Of a DNA stretch of 64,000 nt, positions 8,984 to 19,151 are shown in pieces; positions within the stretch are counted from its first letter, which is position 1, and each line of letters opens with the position of its first letter. Source of the stretch: an uncultured delta proteobacterium (lineage in GTDB: Bacteria; Myxococcota; Myxococcia; Myxococcales; Myxococcaceae); the NCBI GenBank assembly GCA_963713045.1, contig CAVQKE010000004.1, positions 288,001 through 352,000 of the forward strand, written 5' to 3'. The notes below the pieces were generated by a model. That model ran no database searches, was not told where the DNA came from, and saw only the letters and a program-made list of their open reading frames with translations. Both the position numbers and the translations under genes were made by a program.

Positions 8984-11075
8984 ACGCCTTCTCTTGGAAA
9001 TCGGCACCGAGGAGCTTCCGGCGACCTTCGTCGTCCCAGCGCTGGAGCAACTCGAGCGTTCGCTGAAGGAGCGACTGGCGGTGGCCCGACTGAGCCACGG
9101 GCCCCTACGGCCGCTCGGGACGCCGCGGCGGCTGGCGGTCTCGGTGGAGAGCGTCGCCCACCGCAGCCCGGACGTCCGCCGTCAAGTCCTCGGTCCCCCG
9201 GTGAAGGCGGCCTTCGCGGCCGATGGCACGCCCACCCGGGCGGCGGAGAAATTTGCGCAGGGCCACCGACGGCCGCTGGCCGACTTGCAACGTGTACAGA
9301 CGCCCAAGGGCGAATACCTGGCGGTGGAGGTGGAAGAGAAGGGCCGGCCGGCCGAGGAGCTGCTTCCCGAGGCCCTCTCCCAGGTGGTCCACGGCCTGAC
9401 CTTCCAAAAGTCGATGCGCTGGGGCGACACAGAGCAGTCCTTCGCCCGACCCGTCCAGTGGTTGGTGGCACTGTACGGCGAGGCCATTGTCCCCTTCGTC
9501 TTTGCTGACGTGCGAAGCGGTCGCGAGACGCATGGCCATCGCTTCCTGGCTCCGGGGCCAATTGCACTCCACGACGCCTCCCAGCATGCCGCCGCCCTCG
9601 AGCGGGCTCACGTGGTGGCTGACGTCGCAGCCCGAAGCTCGCAGCTGCACCGCGCCGTTCGAGAGGCAGCCCACCGGGCCGGTGGCGTCCTGCGCGAGGA
9701 CGAGGCCCTGCTCGACGAGGTGACGCAGCTGGTGGAGCTGCCCTGTCCAGTGGTGGGAGCCTTCGAGGAGCGACACCTGGACCTCCCCGCGGAAGTCCTC
9801 GTCCAGGAGATGCGAGCCCACCAGCGCTACTTCTCCGTGCTGGATGCCCAAGGCAAGCTTCTGCCTCGCTTCATCGCCGTGTCGAATACCCCGGTGCGCG
9901 ACGAGGCGCTGTCGCGCCGTGGCTATGAGCGGGTCCTCAGTGCTCGTCTCGCCGACGGGCGGTTCTTCTTTGACCAGGACCGGAAAACTGCCCTGGTGGC
10001 GCGCGTGCCCGAGCTCTCCCGGGTGGTGTGGCAGGGACAGCTCGGCAGCTATGGGGAAAAGGTGGAACGGATGCGCGCGCTCTCGGTGTGGCTCGCGCAG
10101 CAGGTGGGGCTGGAGCGGCTGGGGCCCATCGTCGACCGGGCCGCGCTCTTGGCCAAGGCCGACCTCGTCACCGGAATGGTGGGAGAGTTTCCCGAGCTTC
10201 AGGGGGTGATGGGGCGCGAATACGCGCTCGCCAGCGGAGAGCCGCCCGAGGTGGCCCTGGCCATCGCCGAGCACTACCTCCCGCGCGGACCGAGCGACCC
10301 ACTGCCCCGCCAGGACCCCGGGGCGCTGGTGGGCCTGGCCGACCGACTGGACAGCCTGGCCGGCCTCTTCGCCTTGGGTAAGCAGCCCAGCGCCTCTGCC
10401 GACCCCTTCGGCCTGCGCCGGGCATGCCTCGGCGTGATTCGCCTTATTCTCGGGCGTGGATTTCGGCTGCACCTCGGCCGAGCGCTGGACGAAGCCCTGC
10501 GGCTGTTGCTTCCCAAACTTCCCCATGCCAATCCGGCCGCGGCCCGAGCCGAGTTGCTCGAGTTTTTCCGCGGGCGGCTCCGGGCGCTGTGGACGGAAAG
10601 CGTCCGAGCTGACGTGGTGGAGGCGGTTCTGTCGGCCGGCTTCGATGACCTGCGAGGGGCCGAAGCGCGCCTGCAGGCCCTGGCGGCACTGGTGCCGACG
10701 GCCGAATTTCTCCCGTTGGCCGAGTCGGTGAAGCGGGCGGTGAATCTTGTCGAGAAGCAGGGCAATGACGTCCAGGGCGACAGCGTCGAGGAGCCGCTCT
10801 TCGAACAGCCGGCTGAGCGGGCGCTTTACCAACGGACCCGGCTGGCCGAGGGGCAGGTGACGGCTGCGCTCGCGGCGGAGGACGTCCGCGGGGCACTGGC
10901 CGCCGCGGCCTCGCTGCAAGGGCCGGTTGCGGCCTTCTTCGAAACGGTTCGAGTCATGGCCGAAGACCGCGCAGTGCGGGAAAACAGAATCCGCCTGCTG
11001 CGGCAAGTGGCCCGGGTGTTTGCCCCGCTGGCGGACTTCTCACGCATTCAGCTGGATGCCGGAGCTGCCCAGTGA
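8976..11075 (+). CDS. glyS: Glycine--tRNA ligase beta subunit
   Basis: '[11 protein letters not shown]', 'TPRRL', 'KSMRWG', '[17 protein letters not shown]', 'DPFGLRR'. Overlaps the glyQ end. Confidence 0.98.
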   Translation: MAERLLLEIGTEELPATFVVPALEQLERSLKERLAVARLSHGPLRPLGTPRRLAVSVESVAHRSPDVRRQVLGPPVKAAFAADGTPTRAAEKFAQGHRRPLADLQRVQTPKGEYLAVEVEEKGRPAEELLPEALSQVVHGLTFQKSMRWGDTEQSFARPVQWLVALYGEAIVPFVFADVRSGRETHGHRFLAPGPIALHDASQHAAALERAHVVADVAARSSQLHRAVREAAHRAGGVLREDEALLDEVTQLVELPCPVVGAFEERHLDLPAEVLVQEMRAHQRYFSVLDAQGKLLPRFIAVSNTPVRDEALSRRGYERVLSARLADGRFFFDQDRKTALVARVPELSRVVWQGQLGSYGEKVERMRALSVWLAQQVGLERLGPIVDRAALLAKADLVTGMVGEFPELQGVMGREYALASGEPPEVALAIAEHYLPRGPSDPLPRQDPGALVGLADRLDSLAGLFALGKQPSASADPFGLRRACLGVIRLILGRGFRLHLGRALDEALRLLLPKLPHANPAAARAELLEFFRGRLRALWTESVRADVVEAVLSAGFDDLRGAEARLQALAALVPTAEFLPLAESVKRAVNLVEKQGNDVQGDSVEEPLFEQPAERALYQRTRLAEGQVTAALAAEDVRGALAAAASLQGPVAAFFETVRVMAEDRAVRENRIRLLRQVARVFAPLADFSRIQLDAGAAQ

Positions 11076-11545
11076 CGACGGTGCTGGTCACTCTGGCGCT
11101 GCTCGCCGCCGGTTCAGCGCCGGTCCCCTTGGAGCCGGAAATCGACAGCCAGACGCGCGAGGACGACGAGCTACCCCCCTCTTCCTACATTCCCTACACA
11201 CCGCACTTCAGTGGGAAAAAAGTTGCCGGCGCCAGCTGCCTTCAGGCCGACGCCGCAGCTTCGGTGAAGGCCAGCTTGAATCAGGCGCAGCTGCTGACCC
11301 AAAGCACAGACTCCAAGCAGCTCCAGCAAGCCGTCTTGAAGCTGAAGCACGTGCTGGCGGTGGAGCCGCGCACCGGTTGGGCCTACCTCACCCTAGGGAG
11401 CGCCTACGCCAAGCTGGGCGACGCACCCGCCGGTGCCCAGGCCTACGAGACCTTTCTTCTGTCCTGCCGTAGCGCGCCCAACACCGACCGGGTGCAGCGC
11501 ATTTTGGTCGACTACTGGCGGAAGACCGGAGGAAAGGCGCCGTGA
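11072..11545 (+). CDS. Secreted TPR-repeat protein
   Basis: GTGA overlap with the glyS stop, signal-like N-terminus, TPR 'AYLTLGSAYAKLGD...AYETFL'. Confidence 0.7.
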   Translation: MTTVLVTLALLAAGSAPVPLEPEIDSQTREDDELPPSSYIPYTPHFSGKKVAGASCLQADAAASVKASLNQAQLLTQSTDSKQLQQAVLKLKHVLAVEPRTGWAYLTLGSAYAKLGDAPAGAQAYETFLLSCRSAPNTDRVQRILVDYWRKTGGKAP

Positions 11546-11622
11546 CGGGAAGAGCGACGGGCAGGCGGACGTTCGAATGCCGCTTGCCGCCGCCGGACGG
11601 CCTTTCCTAGGATGCGCGCCCC

Positions 11623-13032
11623 TTGAAATACCGAGTCCCGCTGCTCGCCTGCCTGCTGGCTGTGTCGTGCGCGCAGTACCCGTCCGCCAACCCATCGCCG
11701 TCCACCCGTTTCTACTTTCCCACCGGTCTCTCCTTTTTTCTGCCTCCGGGCGCGACCAGTGGGATTCTCTACGTCGCCTCGGGCAACTACGACCGTCGCT
11801 ACGACCAAGGAAACCTGCTGGCGGTGAACCTGGACCGCGTCGTCGCTCCTGCCGACGGCGGCCAGCCGATGCTGGTTGGACTTCCTCCCCCCGGGGCCCT
11901 GGACGTCGGGGACACCTCGCCGGCCTACCAATTCACCGACTTGGCGACCGTCCCGGGCGATGACGTGCAAATCCAGAGCTTCGCCGGTGAGATGCTTCGC
12001 GACCCGGTCGGCTACGGGGGCCGTCCGCGCCTGTGGGTTGCTACCCGGGCAGAAGGAGACTTGCTGGAGGGAGTTTCCAGCGACCCCAGCGGCGAAGGAC
12101 TGGTCTGCGTGCCTGCCGGAAACAACTGCGTCTTCAGCGGCTTGTCCGTGGCCGTCGAACAGGACGCACAGGGCGGCGCCGGCCTGCCGGCCGCCCCCCA
12201 GCCCTACGGCCTCGGGCTGTCCGTCGACGACGGCCTGGTGCCTGGAGAGCTCTGGGTGACGCACATCCGGCCGGCCGACTCGCCACCCACCAGCGGCTAC
12301 AACTTGGACAACTACGTCGTGCACCTCGACGCCCGGGCCGCGATTCCGACCGTCAATGTCCCGGACGCCTTCACCTCCATCGGACTGGGCAATGGCAACA
12401 GCGTCTTCGTGGGACGCAACAACGTTTGGATTTCCGGGCGCGCGCAACTCACCCTGACGGCGCTCGACGTGCTGATGCGCCTGGTCGACCGCTACACGCT
12501 TGAAACCTACTTTCCCCAACTCGCGCTGCAGTACGGCAACTCCCAGGCCCGGGGACTGGCCGTTCGAGCCGATGAGTCCCGCATCTACCTGGTGGGAAAC
12601 ATTCCGGACACCTTGATGGTGGTGGATGTGGACCAGCCCTACAGCCAGTACCCGACGCTCACCGTGGTGCGTTCGGTGCCCCTGCCCGGAGGCCCGAACG
12701 CAGCCCGCCTCATTGAACGTCCGGGCGAAGGCGACGTGGTGGTCATCACCTGCCAAAACGACGGCTCACTGGCGGTCTACGACGACGACATCGGCCAGCT
12801 GGCCACCGTCGTCACCGGGGTAGGCATCGCCCCTTACGACGTGGTCGTCGACCCGCGTGGAAACACGGCGCGCTTCTTCGTCTCGAATTTCGACGACGGC
12901 CGGGTTGGCGTCATCGATGCGACGCTGAGCCAGAACGGCCAGCCCACCACCGCACGCATCGTGGCCTACCTCGGCCAGCAGCAAGGCTGCATCCTGGTCA
13001 CCAACGACTCCAACTGCGTGGGCTCAGATTGA
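11623..13032 (+). CDS. Lipoprotein, probable YncE-like beta-propeller
   Basis: Lipobox LAVS-C. Blade-like motifs 'FYFPTGL', 'LYVASGNYDRRY', 'GIAPYDVVVD', 'FFVSNFDDGRVGVID'. Confidence 0.75.
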   Translation: MKYRVPLLACLLAVSCAQYPSANPSPSTRFYFPTGLSFFLPPGATSGILYVASGNYDRRYDQGNLLAVNLDRVVAPADGGQPMLVGLPPPGALDVGDTSPAYQFTDLATVPGDDVQIQSFAGEMLRDPVGYGGRPRLWVATRAEGDLLEGVSSDPSGEGLVCVPAGNNCVFSGLSVAVEQDAQGGAGLPAAPQPYGLGLSVDDGLVPGELWVTHIRPADSPPTSGYNLDNYVVHLDARAAIPTVNVPDAFTSIGLGNGNSVFVGRNNVWISGRAQLTLTALDVLMRLVDRYTLETYFPQLALQYGNSQARGLAVRADESRIYLVGNIPDTLMVVDVDQPYSQYPTLTVVRSVPLPGGPNAARLIERPGEGDVVVITCQNDGSLAVYDDDIGQLATVVTGVGIAPYDVVVDPRGNTARFFVSNFDDGRVGVIDATLSQNGQPTTARIVAYLGQQQGCILVTNDSNCVGSD

Positions 13033-15659
13033 AGCCCTCGCAGCATCTACCCCTGTGGGCCCTCGTCCTGCTGGCGGTGGGTTGCAGTCAGCCGGTGCTC
13101 CCCGGCGCCGCAGGCCTGAACGGCGTCAACACCCTGGCGGTGGTGCGGGTTGCCGGTTTGGACGGTGGGACGGTGGTCGACGCCCTCTACGGCCAGACGG
13201 CCTTCATCACCTCCAGCAACACCAACGACTTGAAGGCGCTGGACCTCATCGTCACCGACCCCAGCCAAGTGCGGGGTTACGTCCCCGCGCCCAACCCCCT
13301 GCAGCCAATCTCCATCCCGACGGTGGATTATCCAGTGGAGCTCGCGCCCAGCGTTCGCTACGGGCAAATCGCCACGACCCAGCCGGTTTTTCCAACTGGC
13401 TTCATGGATGGGCAGCTGTTGACCGGCATGTTGATGTTTGTGCGCGGCTCGGCGAGCCCCAACATTTCGGTGGTGGGGGTCGCCAACGTTCCGGAGAGCC
13501 TTCGGACGTTGACCAACGGGGTGTTGGTCCAAAGCGCTGGGCCGGTCACCGCCATCTCCGCCCGGCTCACCAGCAGCGAGCAGAATGCGGTGCTGTACTA
13601 CGCAACCTTTGACGGGCAGAACGCCACCATCTGGGAACGGGTGCTGCAGCATCCGCCGACCATCAGCCCCAGCTTCAGCCCGCCGTTTCCAACGTCGCTC
13701 ACCAACCTCTTCGACTGCAGTGGGCCGCCGCCCAACTTGCCCACCACGACGCTGTACATCTGCCCCCCCCGTCCGGTGCGCACCTACCAGCAGGCGTCGG
13801 TGTCGGCCCTCCAGGTGCTGCCCACCTTGCCCAGCGACTTGCCGCTGCCGGTCCTCGGGGGGGTGGAGGGTGGCCGGCTGGCGGTGGCGTTGCGTGACCT
13901 CGTGCCACCGTTGAACGACCCCTTGCTTTCCAATGTGGGGGAGGTGCGCATCATCAATCCGGCGGTGGCGGAAGACCTTGACGCGGAGGGCACGTCCTCG
14001 GACCCCCTCTTCCGAATCGTCCGCTACTTTGCCCCCTTCGAAGTCCAGCCGCCGGTCATCTCCAATGCGCCCCCCCAGCCGCCCATCCGTCAATTGATGA
14101 CGCACCCCCGGGCCTACAACGTGCTTCCCGACGGCGGGACTCCCCTGAACCCCGACGGCAGTCCGCCGGTGCTGGCCTATGAAGGGGCGCGTCTCTTCGG
14201 CGTGCTGGACGAATCCTCCTGCTTCGGCTCCTCCATCTGCAGCGGCATCATCGCCGTCGACGCGCTGCCCTTTCTCGCCGACGGAGGCATCAATTCCAAC
14301 TACGGGCTACTGGCCTTCGACAGCTCGGACTGTCTGGTGGGACCGGCCGGTGAGCAGTACTGCACCAACGAGGTCGGCGCCACCAACCGGATGGTTGCCA
14401 TGCGACCGGGGAGCCCGGCGAGCCCGCCCTGTCCGTCGTGCAGCGGCGGCACCGGCATCATCCAAGGCATTGGCATCGAGTCGTCGGTGTCCTTTCCGGC
14501 CCCCACCTCTTTGAATGAGGGCCTGATTCCGTTGCTGGGGACGGTCACCGTCTCTTCGCAGAGTCTTGACCACACCGCACCGCAAATTTACTTCTTCGAC
14601 GCAGTCGGGCTGCGCATTCTCAATGAGCAGGCGACTCCAGGAATCCTCTACGGCGTCACGCTGGTGTCGGGCCCCATTCAGGCTGTCATCGACGGCGGCA
14701 ACGGCGGACTCACCCCCTACGTGACGGCCAATGTCGGGGTGGGCCTCTACCCGTACACGGAAACCGTCCAAATCATCAACCAGGGCAACATTCCCGGCCT
14801 TTCGTACATTCTGCAGCTGCCCTCCGACGGCGGGTTGGGCGAAGACGGAGGGTTTCTGCCAGTTCTGACGTGGCCCGTGCCAGACGCCGGTGCGACGGTT
14901 GCCGCGTCGGCCGTCGAAGTCAATGACCGCCTCTATCCCATCAATCTGTCTGGGACCCTGTGCCTCGTGGCCAACGGCTTGGTGACGCCTTACTTCAGCG
15001 TGCTGGGCGTCGACGACGGCGGGGCGAACATCTTCACCACCAGCAGCTATGTCCTCGGTCCGGCCGACGCGGGCGTCGTCTATACGCTGAACGACTGCCC
15101 GGGCGCGTCGGGCTACATCATCACCGCCGGCTTCGGGACGGATTTGCCCCTTTTGGTGGAGGGAAGCATCTCGGGGCTCCTCGGCAGAATGACGTCCGGG
15201 CCCGCCGACGGCGGCCCTCCCCCCATCTTCCAGGTCCCCAACGCGGTGACCGAAGCGCGCGGGCTCAGCTATCCGCGCTACTTCAATCCCAACGTCGACG
15301 CCGGCGTCGTCATCGACAATGACGCCGGAACGGTGGGAGGCGTCCCGACGCTGCCCCTCACCCTGCAGCTTCCCTACCAGGACCCTGCCTCCGACTATTT
15401 TTACTACGTCGGCTCCTATTACCTCTTCGTTCTGTCCTCCGGCGTGATTGAGGCCGCGGCGCCCTTGGACGCGGTGGGACTGGGCTACGCCGGGCTCTTC
15501 CTCCCCGGCGGCGTGGCTTCGACCCGGGTGATTGATGCTTTGGGGGAGAATACCGTCGACATCATCGCGTACCCCTCCTCCAACACCGTCATCGACTTTG
15601 TGCCGAACAACATTCTGCTCAACCTGCCGAACTCGGCCGCCATCACCGTGCACTTCTGA
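13029..15659 (+). CDS. Large lipoprotein of unknown function (beta-rich, 876 aa)
   Basis: TTGA overlap with the upstream stop, lipobox LAVG-C, 'VPAPNPLQPISIP' motif, 12 D[AG]G tripeptides. Confidence 0.8.
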   Translation: MKPSQHLPLWALVLLAVGCSQPVLPGAAGLNGVNTLAVVRVAGLDGGTVVDALYGQTAFITSSNTNDLKALDLIVTDPSQVRGYVPAPNPLQPISIPTVDYPVELAPSVRYGQIATTQPVFPTGFMDGQLLTGMLMFVRGSASPNISVVGVANVPESLRTLTNGVLVQSAGPVTAISARLTSSEQNAVLYYATFDGQNATIWERVLQHPPTISPSFSPPFPTSLTNLFDCSGPPPNLPTTTLYICPPRPVRTYQQASVSALQVLPTLPSDLPLPVLGGVEGGRLAVALRDLVPPLNDPLLSNVGEVRIINPAVAEDLDAEGTSSDPLFRIVRYFAPFEVQPPVISNAPPQPPIRQLMTHPRAYNVLPDGGTPLNPDGSPPVLAYEGARLFGVLDESSCFGSSICSGIIAVDALPFLADGGINSNYGLLAFDSSDCLVGPAGEQYCTNEVGATNRMVAMRPGSPASPPCPSCSGGTGIIQGIGIESSVSFPAPTSLNEGLIPLLGTVTVSSQSLDHTAPQIYFFDAVGLRILNEQATPGILYGVTLVSGPIQAVIDGGNGGLTPYVTANVGVGLYPYTETVQIINQGNIPGLSYILQLPSDGGLGEDGGFLPVLTWPVPDAGATVAASAVEVNDRLYPINLSGTLCLVANGLVTPYFSVLGVDDGGANIFTTSSYVLGPADAGVVYTLNDCPGASGYIITAGFGTDLPLLVEGSISGLLGRMTSGPADGGPPPIFQVPNAVTEARGLSYPRYFNPNVDAGVVIDNDAGTVGGVPTLPLTLQLPYQDPASDYFYYVGSYYLFVLSSGVIEAAAPLDAVGLGYAGLFLPGGVASTRVIDALGENTVDIIAYPSSNTVIDFVPNNILLNLPNSAAITVHF

Positions 15660-15714
15660 CCCGCCGGCGCTGGCTTCTTGGTAGCCTTTCGACAGGAGAA
15701 GTCGAGGCGCCGCT

Positions 15715-16371
15715 ATGACCGACCGGAATGCTCCTTTGACTCGCGCGGTGGCCATTCCCGACCACCTCTGGAAGCTCTTCGAGGAAATGGCCGAGAAGAT
15801 GGGGGCCAGCCGCGACGGCCTGGTGTGCCAGGCGATGTTCATCTTCGCCCGGGTCAACGGCTTCATCGATGGAGCGGGACTCCATCCAGTCCCCTCCGGC
15901 GCCACCCTCGCCCTGGGAGCCGCCACGCCCAGTGGATTCGGGCCGCCCGGCTCGGCCGAGCCCACGGGGCCGATGGCCACCAGTTCCCCGCCGGCAGCCC
16001 CGCCCGCCGACGAAACAGCCGCCCTCAGTGCGCGGACCCTGGAACGGGTCGAACGGGCGGCCACCGATGAGCGGTCCGAACGGGAGGACGTCGGGCAACT
16101 CTACGTCCTGGCCGAGAGTGGAAGTCTGGACCGCGTCGCCAAGGACCGCTTCGTCATCGGGCGCGGCAAGCACTGCGACTTTGTCATCCACTCCGGTAAA
16201 GTCAGCCGCGAGCACGCGGTGGTGGTGCGGGAGGGGACCGAGTGGTTCATCGAGGACCTCGGCTCGTCCAACGGCACTTGGTTCAACAAGCAACGGGTGA
16301 AGCGCCGCCGTGTCGAGGACGGGGACGAGTATTACATCTGCAACGAGAAGATTAAATTCGTCCTGCGCTGA
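15715..16371 (+). CDS. FHA-domain protein with N-terminal ribbon-helix-helix-like segment
   Basis: C-terminal 'FVIGRG..CD..VSREHA..DLGSSNGTW' is an intact FHA. N-terminus 'RAVAIPDHLWKLFEEMAEKMGASRDGLV'. Confidence 0.85.
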   Translation: MTDRNAPLTRAVAIPDHLWKLFEEMAEKMGASRDGLVCQAMFIFARVNGFIDGAGLHPVPSGATLALGAATPSGFGPPGSAEPTGPMATSSPPAAPPADETAALSARTLERVERAATDERSEREDVGQLYVLAESGSLDRVAKDRFVIGRGKHCDFVIHSGKVSREHAVVVREGTEWFIEDLGSSNGTWFNKQRVKRRRVEDGDEYYICNEKIKFVLR

Positions 16372-16412
16372 GAAGGGGCCCCCAGGCCCCCCCAAGCAGC
16401 GCCCACAACCCC

Positions 16413-19073
16413 ATGGCCGACCCAGCTCCCCTGCTGACGCTCATCGACGCGTCAGGCTTCATCTTTCGCGCCTACCACGCCATCCAGAGTCTGAGCACCA
16501 GCCGCGGCGTGCCCACCAATGCGGTGTATGGCTTTACTCGGATGCTGCTCAAGACGCTGCGGGAGCTTCAACCCACGCACCTGGCGCTGGCCTTTGACTT
16601 GGAGAGCCGCAGCGGGCGCCAGGAGATTGACCCCAGCTACAAGGCCAACCGACCTGGCCCCCCGCCGGACCTGATTCCACAATTTGAGCTGGTGCGTCGG
16701 GTGGTGGAGGTGCTGCAAATCCCGGTGCTGGAATATGCCGGCTGGGAGGCGGACGACGTCATCGCCACCTTGGTGCGGGCCGCGCGGGAGCAGGGGTACC
16801 GAGTCCAAGTCGTCACCGGGGACAAGGACTTGGTGCAGTTGGTGGACGAGCGGGTGTCTCTGTATGACCCGATGTACGACCGCCACACCGGGCCCAAGGA
16901 GGCGCGGGAGCGTTTCGGCGTGGCCCCCGCGCAGATGCGCGACTACCTGGCCCTGGTCGGCGACCCCATCGACAACGTCGCCAAGGTGCCCGGCATTGGG
17001 CCGAAGACGGCGGTGGAACTCATCCAGGAGTTTGGCAACGTCGAGACGCTTTTGGCCCAGCTGGACGGCGTGAAGAAGCCCAAAGTGCGGGAAGCCTTGC
17101 GCGCCCACGCCGACTCCCTTCGCCGTTCCAAGAAGCTGGTCTCCGTCCGTGACGACTTGCCCATTGAGACGGACCTCGGCCGCCTGGAGCGTCGGGCCAT
17201 TCTCGGCGAAGAGGCGCGGGCGCTTTTCACAGAGCTCGAGTTCTACAAGCTACTTCAAGAGATGCCGGCCTCGCCTCAGCCGATGCTGGCCCTGCGGCCA
17301 ACGCGCGTGGTGCGGCGCGCGGAGGAACTGGCCTCCGTACTGGAGGCGGTGCGGCAGGAGGGTGGCGCGGCCTTCGTTCCGGCCTTCACCGGGCGCCCCG
17401 CCACCGGGAAGCTGGTGGGGCTGGCACTCGCCTGGGACGAGGAGGCCGTCTACCTGCCCCTTGGGCACCAGGGCGAAAACCTTCCCCTTGGTGCTTTCCG
17501 GGAATTGGTGGGTGGGGTGTTGGCAGACCCGGACGTTGGCAAGGACGGGCATGACCTCAAGACGCTGGGAAACCTGCTCGGCACCCTCAACCTCGAGCTT
17601 TCCGGAGTCCGAGCCGATGTCGAACTCCTCAGCTACCTGCTGAACCCCTCGCGTCGCGAGCACGCGCTGGAGGACTTGGCGCGAGAGCGGCTCCGGCTGG
17701 AGCTCCCGCCGGCCTTGCACACCCCCGCTGGCCGAAAGGAAGCGGCCACCTTCGCTGACCGCTTCAGCGAGGAGGTGGCGGAGGCCTTCGGAGCGCGCGC
17801 CCAGGCCGTCCGCCGTCTGGCCGTGCAGCTGTGGCAAGAGGTGGACAGCGCGCAGCTTGGGCCGCTGGCGCGCACCCTGGAGTTGCCGCTGGTGCCGGTG
17901 CTCAGCCGGATGGAGCGCTTCGGCGTCCGAATCGACACGGCCGTGTTGAACGAAATCTCTCGCGACGTCGACGCCCAGTGCGCGGCCCAGGAAGCCGAGT
18001 TGCAGCGTCTCGCCGGGCGCGAATTCAACGTCAATAGCAACCTTCAACTGGCCCAGGTGCTGTATGCCGAGTTGAAGCTTCCGGTGCTGAAGCGCGGGAA
18101 GACCGGCCCCTCCACCGATGCGGACGTCTTGGAAAAGCTGGCCGAGCAGCATCCCTTGCCGAAGGTGCTGCTCGACTACCGGATGCTTTCCAAGTTGAAA
18201 AGCACCTACCTGGATGCGCTTGGCCCCTTGGTGGCGGCCGACGGGCGGCTGCATACCACGTTTCACCAAGCCGCCACGGCGACTGGTCGACTCTCCTCCT
18301 CGGACCCCAACCTTCAAAACATCCCGGTCCGGACCGACATCGGACGTTCCATCCGCCGGGCCTTCGTCGCGGACCCGGGTTGGAGTCTGTTGTCGGCCGA
18401 CTACAGCCAAGTCGAGCTGCGCATTCTGGCCCACATCGCCGAGGACCCGGCGCTCATCGAAGCCTTCCGTGCCGACCAGGACATCCACCAGCGCACGGCG
18501 GCGGAAGTCTTCGGGGTTTCCGCAGAACAGGTGTCGAGCGAGCAGCGGCGGGTGGCCAAAATGGTGAATTTCGGCATTGCCTACGGGCTGTCCCCCTATG
18601 GGCTGGCCAGCCGTCTGGACATTCCCCAAGAGGAGGCTGCCGCCATCATCGAGCGCTACTTCGCTCGCTACAGCGGCATTCGCCGCTACCTTGAGGAGAC
18701 GGTGGCCAAGGCTCGGCGAACCGGAGTGGTCGAGACACTTTTCGGACGGCGGCGGCTGATGGAGGACTTGCACTCCACCAACCGCGCCACGGCGCAGGCG
18801 GCGGAGCGCGCCGCCATCAACATGCCCATCCAAGGCACGGCGGCGGACCTCATCAAAATGGCCATGTTGCGGATTGACACTGGGCTGCGCGAGCGCCGCC
18901 TTCGCAGCCGGATGTTGCTCCAGGTGCACGACGAGTTGCTGCTCGAGGCGCCGTCCGAGGAGCTGGAGGAGACTTCGGCGTTGGTGCGGGCGGCGATGGC
19001 CGGGGTTGCGGCGCTGCGCGTTCCTCTCCGGGTGGATTTGGGGGTGGGCCAGAGCTGGGCGGATGCGCATTAG
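16413..19073 (+). CDS. polA: DNA polymerase I
   Basis: 5' nuclease 'LIDASGFIFRAYHA', 'EADDVIA'. Polymerase motifs 'TGRLSSSDPNLQNIP', 'DYSQVELR', 'KMVNFGIAYG', 'QVHDELL'. Confidence 0.98.
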   Translation: MADPAPLLTLIDASGFIFRAYHAIQSLSTSRGVPTNAVYGFTRMLLKTLRELQPTHLALAFDLESRSGRQEIDPSYKANRPGPPPDLIPQFELVRRVVEVLQIPVLEYAGWEADDVIATLVRAAREQGYRVQVVTGDKDLVQLVDERVSLYDPMYDRHTGPKEARERFGVAPAQMRDYLALVGDPIDNVAKVPGIGPKTAVELIQEFGNVETLLAQLDGVKKPKVREALRAHADSLRRSKKLVSVRDDLPIETDLGRLERRAILGEEARALFTELEFYKLLQEMPASPQPMLALRPTRVVRRAEELASVLEAVRQEGGAAFVPAFTGRPATGKLVGLALAWDEEAVYLPLGHQGENLPLGAFRELVGGVLADPDVGKDGHDLKTLGNLLGTLNLELSGVRADVELLSYLLNPSRREHALEDLARERLRLELPPALHTPAGRKEAATFADRFSEEVAEAFGARAQAVRRLAVQLWQEVDSAQLGPLARTLELPLVPVLSRMERFGVRIDTAVLNEISRDVDAQCAAQEAELQRLAGREFNVNSNLQLAQVLYAELKLPVLKRGKTGPSTDADVLEKLAEQHPLPKVLLDYRMLSKLKSTYLDALGPLVAADGRLHTTFHQAATATGRLSSSDPNLQNIPVRTDIGRSIRRAFVADPGWSLLSADYSQVELRILAHIAEDPALIEAFRADQDIHQRTAAEVFGVSAEQVSSEQRRVAKMVNFGIAYGLSPYGLASRLDIPQEEAAAIIERYFARYSGIRRYLEETVAKARRTGVVETLFGRRRLMEDLHSTNRATAQAAERAAINMPIQGTAADLIKMAMLRIDTGLRERRLRSRMLLQVHDELLLEAPSEELEETSALVRAAMAGVAALRVPLRVDLGVGQSWADAH

Positions 19074-19151
19074 ACCCCCAGGGGGTCCGCCCAGCCACAG
19101 TCAAGAATGCGACGTTGTCGGGGTCGCCGGGCTAGACTCCCCCACTCGACG

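Noticed and set aside
17300..17800. PolA 3'-5' exonuclease domain lacks an obvious ExoI DxE motif
   Set aside because: Common in many bacterial Pol I enzymes, so not unusual.
6242..19070. Long antisense ORFs (6242-8236, 9105-11006, 14307-16064, 17250-19070) and similar shadows elsewhere
   Set aside because: They mirror well-supported genes, carry no motifs, and are expected in high-GC DNA with few stop codons.
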